DNA from: Planctomycetota bacterium
GTDB taxonomy: Bacteria > Planctomycetota > GCA-002687715 > DRQF01
Length of the DNA stretch: 11,200 bases
Assembly: GCA_027001995.1 (NCBI GenBank)
Contig: JALTLO010000019.1
Span: 1 to 11,200 of the forward strand
Direction: 5' to 3'
Position 1 is the stretch's first letter; each line of letters begins with the position of its first letter. The notes beneath the pieces are model-generated. The model was not told the DNA's origin and searched no databases. It was given only the letters and a program-made list of their open reading frames with translations. Positions 1-6,210 of the stretch are shown here, in pieces. Made by a program: the position numbers and the translations under genes.

Positions 1-723
1 AACAACACATTCAATGAGTTCCTCATAGGCTAGGTCGGTTGACTCCAGAATATAATATGTGGCACTCTCCAAGAAGCTTTCTCCTTGGATTTCTCGGTAG
101 GCCTGCTCGAAGTAATGAGCCCATTCCTTGAGCAAAGAACCGAAGTACTCATCGTAGATGTGTTTAAGAAATAGCAGGGCCAAGATGGTGGTGTGGGTAT
201 TGGCGGGACCTTCCTGGCGAATTTGCTGGTCGGAAACCTGGGACAAATCCACCAGCTTGTATTTGAGCTCCACACCGGCGTCGTCTATAGACTCCCTGGG
301 ATCCTCACGGTTATAGAAATCGCTGAGCTTGGTGGGCGAATTCCATTTTCGATGTCCATTGTAAAGGACCACGGGAATAATCTCGGGGACCTCGCGGCGG
401 GACCTGTCTTCCACTCCCTGGGATTCAAAAATCTTGGCCACATAGCGAAATAACCTCACAGGCATCATAGCGAACGGGGTGCTTTGATGTTCCATCAAGA
501 CGTAAATGTAGACAGACCCACCGCCAAACTTCTTCACTTTGAAGAGAAAGTCCACTTCGTGCCTGAGATGTCCTGAGTCAACGAAATTCCCTGGGACAAG
601 CTCCAATGTGGAGAGATCGTGATCCAGAGCAAACTGTTGACCTAAGAAGGTCACCAGCACGGCGGCAGCATGAACTGGAGTTGAGAGAACGTTACGAAGA
701 AAACGATCATGGTTGGTAGGCAT
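1..723 (-). CDS. Rpn family recombination-promoting nuclease / YhgA-like putative transposase (Transposase_31), 3' end outside window
   Basis: Not in the ORF track. Manual translation from ATG at 723 is open for 241 codons to the window edge: MPTNHDRFLRNVLS...DLSTLELVPGNFVD...EVDFLFKV...IYVLMEHQSTP..MMPVRLFRY...IIPVVLYNGHRKW...YKLVDLS...LLFLKHI. The HD, D-x-L, EHQS, M-x-x-R-x-x-x-Y and P-x-V-L-Y-x-G-x-x-x-W motifs are characteristic of Rpn/YhgA. SD AGGAG at 737-733. Confidence 0.93.
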   Translation of the reverse strand, partial: MPTNHDRFLRNVLSTPVHAAAVLVTFLGQQFALDHDLSTLELVPGNFVDSGHLRHEVDFLFKVKKFGGGSVYIYVLMEHQSTPFAMMPVRLFRYVAKIFESQGVEDRSRREVPEIIPVVLYNGHRKWNSPTKLSDFYNREDPRESIDDAGVELKYKLVDLSQVSDQQIRQEGPANTHTTILALLFLKHIYDEYFGSLLKEWAHYFEQAYREIQGESFLESATYYILESTDLAYEELIECVV

Positions 724-970
724 CACAATGAGCTCCTACCATCAAGACGTCATCGCTTGGGAAGGTGGACCGGGAAATCCTGGACATGCTGCTCTTGATC
801 AGTTTCGTTTATTTCCCAACCGGGCAACCCATGGAGCGAATTGATCAATTGTGGGCAGAACTTGATGGCAGCAGAGTCACCCAAAAACTGATGAATTTGA
901 CCGGGTACCCGTGTGCGAAGTCATTATCATCTGGTACCGTATGCACGCTTGGCAGTAGAAGGAATATCAC

Positions 971-1684
971 ATGGCTAAACAGATCGCTCTTTCAGTTACT
1001 TTTGCTTTTTTGGGAGGGATCTTGGTCTTCTTGATGTTCCAAGATGAAGCCCCCGCAGATTTGGCAGTTCCGGGAATTCATGTCGAGCATTCTCGCCAGA
1101 ATATTGCCGTCTTGCCTCGGCGAAGTTTGACCGAGTCAAGAGTAACTTCACTGAAATTTGCACATCTGGAGCAGTCGGTTCGACAATTGAAACAAGAGGC
1201 CGAAGCCAAAGGCACTGAATTGAGGCAAGCACAAAAGTTGATCGCTGGGCTGAAAGAGAAACTGGCCCGCGATGATGACATTCCAATTTTTGAGCCTGAG
1301 TTGGGGCTGACGGCTCGCCAGGAATTCAGACTCACGCGGTTGATTCACATGAGCAAGGACAAGGCCATCTTGAAGCACCGCAAGTCAGCGAATGCGGCCA
1401 ACTCCCCCAGATCCCTTAGAGACGAGAAAGAGCTCATGATGTCGATGAAAGAGAGGGCGAGGCTGCTGAGTCGAAACCTGAAGAAAGCCAAGAAGGATGT
1501 CTTGATCCGTGAGCTTGGTGAGGAAAGAGCTTCGTCTTTAGCAATCGCGGCTCTTGAACGTAGAAACATCTACGCGGCATCTGCAAAAACCGAACAACAA
1601 CGACGAACAATGCGCTCAATTTTCAATCGAAACAACAAGCTCGCAGCCATGTTGATTGACGCATTCTCGGCCAATCACCATTGA
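971..1684 (+). CDS. Hypothetical protein, N-terminal membrane anchor plus coiled-coil/helical region (237 aa)
   Basis: SD-like AAGGA just upstream of ATG 971; hydrophobic segment IALSVTFAFLGGILVFLMF; heptad-like LEQSVRQLKQEAEAKGTELRQAQKLIAGLKEKL; longest ORF in the interval. No family motif recognised. Confidence 0.8.
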   Translation: MAKQIALSVTFAFLGGILVFLMFQDEAPADLAVPGIHVEHSRQNIAVLPRRSLTESRVTSLKFAHLEQSVRQLKQEAEAKGTELRQAQKLIAGLKEKLARDDDIPIFEPELGLTARQEFRLTRLIHMSKDKAILKHRKSANAANSPRSLRDEKELMMSMKERARLLSRNLKKAKKDVLIRELGEERASSLAIAALERRNIYAASAKTEQQRRTMRSIFNRNNKLAAMLIDAFSANHH

Positions 1685-1691
1685 AAACGGA

Positions 1692-3188
1692 TCACATCGA
1701 GTTGAGTTCGTGAGGCATGAAGTCCATGGAGGAGCGGAAGTAATGTCTTTCCGGGTAGAGGGCGATGTTGCTAGCGCGGCTGGTGTAGGTGCAGGCGAAA
1801 TCTTCCAGTTGCTGGCCGTAATAGGTGAGCTCAGAGCCCGCACGGAAGAGTGAGCCCCAGTATGGGTTGAGAGCGCGACTCATTTCACCCCGCAATTGCT
1901 CTCGCTGTTGGATGTACTGCTTGAGATTGTCCTTTGCTTTTTGGCAACGATCGCTGCAATCTTTGCGCAGACGATGCAAATGGTCGGCATTGCCGTTCTC
2001 ATCAAGATGCGAAAGAGCTCTCTCAATTCCACGCCAATAATGTAACTCTTGCTCTGTGGTAAGTCGGCGATCATCAGCTTGCTTGATCTGCATCGCCATC
2101 CCCGGAAGACCAGAACGAATCTCTAATTCTTCTTCTAACTCGGAGATAATCAACATTGTGCGCCAATGGGTGCTTCGTTTGGAAGTGATCAGATCCGCGT
2201 AAATGTGATCGCCAATATAGAGCACTTCGTTACCAGCACAGCCGATAACAGATTCCAATTCATCCGTATTGCCACCGCAGAACACGCCTGCAGAATTAAT
2301 CGAACACACGGTGCCCTCATTTTTCTTAGACATAAAATAGCCGGGCTTTCGGGCTTCGCACACCACGTGATCGAAGAGCTTAACCCAACTCAGATCATCG
2401 GGGCTTTTGCCCGTACCAAGCGCGGTGTTGATCATAGCCTTGGTGTAGTACCACTCTGAGTTGGTCAGCAAGAAGAGTTTCTTGCCCCACTTGCGGAGAG
2501 TCTCCAGCATTGGGATCAATTCCAGGTCCGCTTTCATGAAGCGTCCCGGGTTGGCGGTGAGCTCTTTCTTCAAGGAGCCATCCCGATGAATCATATCCGT
2601 GTGGCTGCGAATTGACTGCCACAGTCTCTTGCAGTCTTTCTTATCAACCTGGGCCGCCAAGGCGCTGTAGATCAAGACCTCCGGTTTAGCGAAATCAGAG
2701 TCAACAGGAACAAATCGGTCGCCATGGGTGACATGGGGTATGTGGTCGCCAGCGCCATAGACTTCACGCCTTTCCGCCGATGTCATGGGCTTGGTGCCGT
2801 GGTAGGCCATCACCACGTGACCATGGCGGTCGATCTTGGCAACATTGCCTTCTTGGATATCAACAACCAAACCTTTGCGAGCAAAGCTCGCCTCTGGAAC
2901 ATCATCGCGGCTCAGTGTCGGGATGCTCTTATCCTTATTCAGCTTCTCGATAACCAGGTCCATGGCCAAGTGATCGAGCTCGGCACAGTCGTAGATGCCC
3001 AAAGTATGGTCAAAGTCGAAACCGATAGCCTTGATCTTCTCGAATCGGAGGCTTCGATTGGTGAAGATAGACCGCTGTTGCTCAAAAACCGGATTGAGAA
3101 GGGCCGTGGTGATAAGTCTATGCCACCAAGGGGCATCTTCGTTTGGGCCGCAGGAACAATCGTTCGGGGCGCAGTTGCAATCGCTCAT
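1692..3188 (-). CDS. HAD-IG family 5'-nucleotidase (cytosolic purine 5'-nucleotidase cN-II-like, 5_nucleotid family)
   Basis: IFTNRSL, HAD motif I GFDFDHTL, GKKLFLLTNS (motif II), ARKPGYF (motif III), VLYIGDHIYADL (motif IV), WRTMLIISELEEE, NPYWGSLFR, FACTYTSR, C-terminal MPHE. SD AAGGA upstream of ATG 3188. Confidence 0.93.
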   Translation of the reverse strand: MSDCNCAPNDCSCGPNEDAPWWHRLITTALLNPVFEQQRSIFTNRSLRFEKIKAIGFDFDHTLGIYDCAELDHLAMDLVIEKLNKDKSIPTLSRDDVPEASFARKGLVVDIQEGNVAKIDRHGHVVMAYHGTKPMTSAERREVYGAGDHIPHVTHGDRFVPVDSDFAKPEVLIYSALAAQVDKKDCKRLWQSIRSHTDMIHRDGSLKKELTANPGRFMKADLELIPMLETLRKWGKKLFLLTNSEWYYTKAMINTALGTGKSPDDLSWVKLFDHVVCEARKPGYFMSKKNEGTVCSINSAGVFCGGNTDELESVIGCAGNEVLYIGDHIYADLITSKRSTHWRTMLIISELEEELEIRSGLPGMAMQIKQADDRRLTTEQELHYWRGIERALSHLDENGNADHLHRLRKDCSDRCQKAKDNLKQYIQQREQLRGEMSRALNPYWGSLFRAGSELTYYGQQLEDFACTYTSRASNIALYPERHYFRSSMDFMPHELNSM

Positions 3189-3264
3189 AGTGATCCTTCA
3201 CTTCCGTCTCAGTGGTCCAAAAGCCAAAGGGTCATGGCACCCTTCTTGGTGGGGAAATCTTACT

Positions 3265-4530
3265 CTACTTTGCCCATTTTTTCCGCAGGATGTCAACGTC
3301 CCGGTTCATGACATCGCTGCCCTCAATAGTAATCAATGGCAACTGGCCCACAGGCTTACCCCCAGACATCACCACAGGCACATACTCCCCGACATCAAGA
3401 TTCTTTATCTGATAGCCGCCCTGGGGGTCTACTTTCGCTTGGGCAACCACATGGTTTCTCAGATCCCTGAGCTGAAGAACCATCCCAGAAGTGAACTTCG
3501 CCGGGGCCTTGAACTTGCCCTGCAAGGTGATGCCTTGATTGAGAATAAAACGAATCTCAAGGACTGGTTCTTTGACAGGCGTCCACCCCGGGATCTCAAC
3601 CAATTGCCTTTGGGTAGGAAACTCGCCATCCGGGAAGTGGAGCTCGAAACGGAAAGTACCTTGATACATCTTTCGTACTGTGACGTGCGCCCGTCCTTCC
3701 AACTGGACTTCCCTGCGATTCTCATAAAGGGGAGGTAATGTCACTCGAAGAAAAGCGTTCTTCGGGAGCTCCTCGCCAGTGGGGGTGATGATTTCACAAT
3801 GAACAACACCTTTGCCACCCCCGAGATAGAGCTTCATGCTGCCGATATCAGGGATCATCAGCCCTTTGAATGGGATGCTTCCATAATCCTCATTGGCCAC
3901 AGTAATGACATCAAGGGCCCGCCGCGGAATGAGCTTATTGATAGCAAAGTAACCTTCTAAGTCGGAAACAGCTTGAGCCATGCCGTTGAAGTCGATCTTA
4001 GCGTTGGCGATAGGCGTGTTGTCGGAGGCATCTAACACCCGCCCTTTGGGCCGTATACCCCGGAGGACTTTGAATTTCAGTCGGCTTTCTTCTCCATCTT
4101 TGACAATGACCGTTCGATAGGGGATGGGAATAATGTCCCCGCCCAGAAGGGAAACCGTATAGCGACCCGCTGGCACTTCATCTAAAGCGAACCCGCCAGG
4201 AACAGACTCAGGGGCGGGTAAATCTGGCTTGAAGACAACCCGGAGAGCTTGGGGCGTTGAACCATCTGGCAGTTTCGCCAACACGACGATTTTGCCGAAT
4301 CCCTGTTTCACTTCTTCCTCAGGAATCGGAATGGACTCCTTCTCAACTCCCCCATGATTCTTGGGATCACGCTGGCTCAGTTGAAAAGGCTCTCGACCAT
4401 TGGATTCAAAGGGGCTCTTTCTTTCTTGAAGCCTCACCTCATTGCCATCAGTATCAGGATTCTGCAGGAACAACCAAACAACTGCAAAGGTGGCGATGGC
4501 TACAATAATGAAAGGAAGAATTCTTGTCAT
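3265..4530 (-). CDS. Membrane-anchored protein with carboxypeptidase-regulatory-like (transthyretin/prealbumin-type) beta-sandwich repeats
   Basis: N-terminal hydrophobic helix ILPFIIVAIATFAVVWLFL; repeats such as KGRVLDASDNTPIANAKI...SDLEGYFAI, FALDEVPAGRYTV and VDPQGGYQIKNLDVGEY, typical of CarboxypepD_reg-like domains. No clear SD. Confidence 0.75.
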   Translation of the reverse strand: MTRILPFIIVAIATFAVVWLFLQNPDTDGNEVRLQERKSPFESNGREPFQLSQRDPKNHGGVEKESIPIPEEEVKQGFGKIVVLAKLPDGSTPQALRVVFKPDLPAPESVPGGFALDEVPAGRYTVSLLGGDIIPIPYRTVIVKDGEESRLKFKVLRGIRPKGRVLDASDNTPIANAKIDFNGMAQAVSDLEGYFAINKLIPRRALDVITVANEDYGSIPFKGLMIPDIGSMKLYLGGGKGVVHCEIITPTGEELPKNAFLRVTLPPLYENRREVQLEGRAHVTVRKMYQGTFRFELHFPDGEFPTQRQLVEIPGWTPVKEPVLEIRFILNQGITLQGKFKAPAKFTSGMVLQLRDLRNHVVAQAKVDPQGGYQIKNLDVGEYVPVVMSGGKPVGQLPLITIEGSDVMNRDVDILRKKWAK

Positions 4531-4608
4531 GAGGAATGTCTCAATGGGTATGGGCTGCGCACCGACCTTGATGTGATTCTAAAGGACCAAAAGCGAGATC
4601 GAAAGGAT

Positions 4609-5304
4609 TCATCGATTCTGGCTGAGAGACTCGAAATTTTGCCAGGCCATGAATCCCACCAGCAGGGCTCCGAAAACAAAACCAACCTGAAACAGCCAAA
4701 TGGCCAATGGAACAGATACCCCAACACTGACACGGGAAGCAATGGCAGTCGCTTTATGGGACCTCATGAAAGTGCAAAGAAAATCTCTGAGGGCGTGGCC
4801 CCCATCCATAGGCAGAATCGGCATCAGGTTGAAGATGCTCCAGAAAACGCCGATTTTCACGAAGACGAGCTGCAAATACGGCCAGAGGGTGCCATCGTTC
4901 GCATAGGTGTTGCCGAGGACGTAATCCAGGAAAGGCATCTGATTGGCTGGCCCAAAACCATAAAACATGATGAGAGCCAAGAGAAAGCCCGCAGCGGGAC
5001 CGGCCACAGATAGCAGAACCCCAGACCACCCTTTGCTTTCCCCATTGGGAATCGTCACCGCCCCTAAGCCGACAAAGACAACCCGCGATTGAAACCCATT
5101 CCTTTTGGCAGCAAAGACGTGACCAAATTCGTGAACCATCAAGGACGCCGTCACCGCAAAGGCGAACAAAAAGGCCTCCTGCATGCGTCCAGCGGCCAAT
5201 TGACGCCACGACAGGAAGAGCAAGAGCAGAAAATAAGACCCCGTCAGGTACACGGGTGTCCCGAAGAGAATGCACAGTTGAAAAGCGTTTCCTTGAACCA
5301 TCAT
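4609..5304 (-). CDS. Site-2 protease family (peptidase M50) intramembrane zinc metalloprotease
   Basis: HEFGH zinc motif, VSVAGP-type motif (LSVAGP), FNLMPILPMDGG (NxxPxxxxDG), multiple TM helices. Start revised from 5376 to the ATG-ATG at 5304/5301, which directly follows GGAGG (5310-5306). Confidence 0.92.
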   Translation of the reverse strand: MMVQGNAFQLCILFGTPVYLTGSYFLLLLFLSWRQLAAGRMQEAFLFAFAVTASLMVHEFGHVFAAKRNGFQSRVVFVGLGAVTIPNGESKGWSGVLLSVAGPAAGFLLALIMFYGFGPANQMPFLDYVLGNTYANDGTLWPYLQLVFVKIGVFWSIFNLMPILPMDGGHALRDFLCTFMRSHKATAIASRVSVGVSVPLAIWLFQVGFVFGALLVGFMAWQNFESLSQNR

Positions 5305-5441
5305 GCCTCCAATGTATCGCCTCCAGAGAAAACCAAAAGCAAAGACCAATTCCGCACCTCGGAATGCTGTCCTCAAAGAGCCTCAACCGCCCAGTATCTT
5401 GTCCACTTTTGAAGTCACGGGAGCGCGGATCATGGAGTTTC

Positions 5442-5460
5442 TTGCACCAGGGAAACGCAA
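5442..5460 (+). promoter_or_regulatory. Candidate enhancer (UAS) for a sigma-54 activator
   Basis: TTGCACCAGGGAAACGCAA = TTGC-N11-GCAA dyad; the left half matches the NtrC-type half-site TGCACCA; about 100 bp upstream of the predicted sigma-54 start. Confidence 0.35.
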
Positions 5461-5525
5461 AATAACAACTATAACATCATACCAACAAACAACTTAATGA
5501 GAATCGTCGACTCCAGTCCTCGGTT

Positions 5526-5541
5526 TGGCACGGCCCTCGCT
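5526..5541 (+). promoter_or_regulatory. Sigma-54 (RpoN) -24/-12 promoter
   Basis: TGGCACG-GCCC-TCGCT versus consensus TGGCACG-N4-TTGCW (one mismatch); exact GG-N10-GC spacing (GG 5527-5528, GC 5539-5540); intergenic, correctly oriented, about 60 nt before ATG 5603. Confidence 0.7.
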
Positions 5542-5602
5542 ATAGGGATGGGTGTTACGACATCGCTTAGCAAAAAAGCTGAGCCCAACGAAAGGACGAG
5601 TT

Positions 5603-6109
5603 ATGAGTAAAAAACTCTCAATCGCAGCAACCGCGCTCTTCACTGTCGCCCTCATGGGAATCAACACAAACACAGCATCCGCCCAAGGCTTTGGTGGGTT
5701 CCTGAATGTGAACAAGCACGGCGTCTCCCTTTCTTTGGGTCAAACATTCGGACACGACAATTGTGCCAACGCCTACTACTGGCGCAACGAAACACGTCGA
5801 GTCTGGCGCCCTGAGACCTATCGAAACGAGTTCGTGCCAGCGATCTACGAAAATCGCTTCGACCACCACGGAAATCCCCGTCAGGTCTTAGTTCGAGCTG
5901 GCTACAACCGACGCATTTGTGTTCCTGGCTTCTGGGAGACCTACACCGAGCGGGTTCGAGTTTACAACCCCCGCCACCGTCACGCTCCAAGCCCGATCTT
6001 TCGCCGTAGAGATCGTGACCACGATCGACGGGACGCCCGCCGCCACGACCGCAGAGATCGTCGCCGAAACAGCCGCCGCCACGACCGCAGGAATCGCCGC
6101 AACCGATAG
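5603..6109 (+). CDS. Secreted hypothetical protein (168 aa) with YXWGXW-like aromatic beta region and Arg/Asp/His-rich repeat tail
   Basis: Start revised to ATG 5603 (SD AAGGA 5592-5596). Sec-type signal peptide MSKKLSIAATALFTVALMGINTNTASA|Q; motifs YYWRNETRRVWRP and ICVPGFWETY; tail RRRDRDHDRRDARRHDRRDRRRNSRRHDRRNRRNR; followed by a terminator. Confidence 0.85.
   Translation: MSKKLSIAATALFTVALMGINTNTASAQGFGGFLNVNKHGVSLSLGQTFGHDNCANAYYWRNETRRVWRPETYRNEFVPAIYENRFDHHGNPRQVLVRAGYNRRICVPGFWETYTERVRVYNPRHRHAPSPIFRRRDRDHDRRDARRHDRRDRRRNSRRHDRRNRRNR
6037..6090 (+). repeat. 18-bp exact direct repeat within the coding tail (RRHDRR units)
   Basis: CCGCCGCCACGACCGCAG at 6037-6054 and 6073-6090 (36-nt period). 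Confidence 0.85.
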
Positions 6110-6127
6110 ATAATAGTTGAAGGACTT

Positions 6128-6162
6128 CGCCCTGGCTCGAAATCGAGTCAGGGCGTTTTCTT
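6128..6162 (+). terminator. Rho-independent terminator
   Basis: Stem CGCCCTGGCTCG (6128-6139) / CGAGTCAGGGCG (6144-6155), 12 bp with one G-U, loop AAAT, followed by TTTTCTT; 18 nt after the stop at 6109. Confidence 0.88.
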
Positions 6163-6210
6163 GTGGGCAAGTTTTGGTTTCAGTTCAGATCTGGCAGTGC
6201 ATAAGGAATT

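Noticed and set aside
8..24. SD+ATG (GAGGAACTCATTGAATG, minus strand) inside rpn that resembles the rpn start region; possible RpnS start
   Set aside because: The ATG at 10-8 is out of frame with rpn, whereas RpnS is in frame, and only 3 codons are visible.
492..750. 12-bp direct repeat CCATCAAGACGT at 492-503 and 739-750
   Set aside because: A few 12-mer matches are expected by chance in 11 kb; one copy is inside the CDS, so it is not a target-site duplication.
739..868. SAM-I riboswitch resemblance on the plus strand (AUCAAGA ... GGCAACC ... GGAGCGAAUU ... GAUG)
   Set aside because: The conserved U of GGUGC is A here, no recognisable kink-turn/pseudoknot P2, and the downstream gene is unrelated to methionine or sulfur metabolism. 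An Rfam scan would settle it.
1..970. Calling the rpn gene an insertion sequence
   Set aside because: No terminal inverted repeats or TSD can be established, and Rpn/YhgA proteins are not demonstrated transposases.
765..1034. 89-aa plus-strand ORF in the intergenic region
   Set aside because: Overlaps the better-supported 971 gene out of frame, has no recognisable motifs, and covers the probable promoter region.
3235..3250. Sigma-54-like TGGCAC-N5-TTGG on the plus strand
   Set aside because: Lacks the -12 GC and points antisense into the 3265-4530 gene.
2724..3738. 195-aa and 247-aa plus-strand ORFs
   Set aside because: Antisense shadows of the nucleotidase and beta-repeat genes with no motifs.
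4576..4603. Possible sigma-70 promoter (TTCGAT-N16-TAGAAT, minus strand) for the 3265-4530 gene
   Set aside because: Good -10 but weak -35; not supportable without TSS data.
4354..5412. 219-aa and 107-aa plus-strand ORFs and the 210-aa alternative minus-frame ORF
   Set aside because: They overlap the M50 protease, which has unambiguous catalytic motifs; no independent coding evidence.
6001..6106. Spaced direct repeats as a mini CRISPR array
   Set aside because: Only two 18-bp copies, in frame within a low-complexity coding tail, with similar intervening sequence and no cas genes.
5661..6170. 169-aa Gly-rich minus-strand ORF
   Set aside because: Antisense product of the low-complexity Arg-codon repeats; the plus strand has the SD, signal peptide and terminator.
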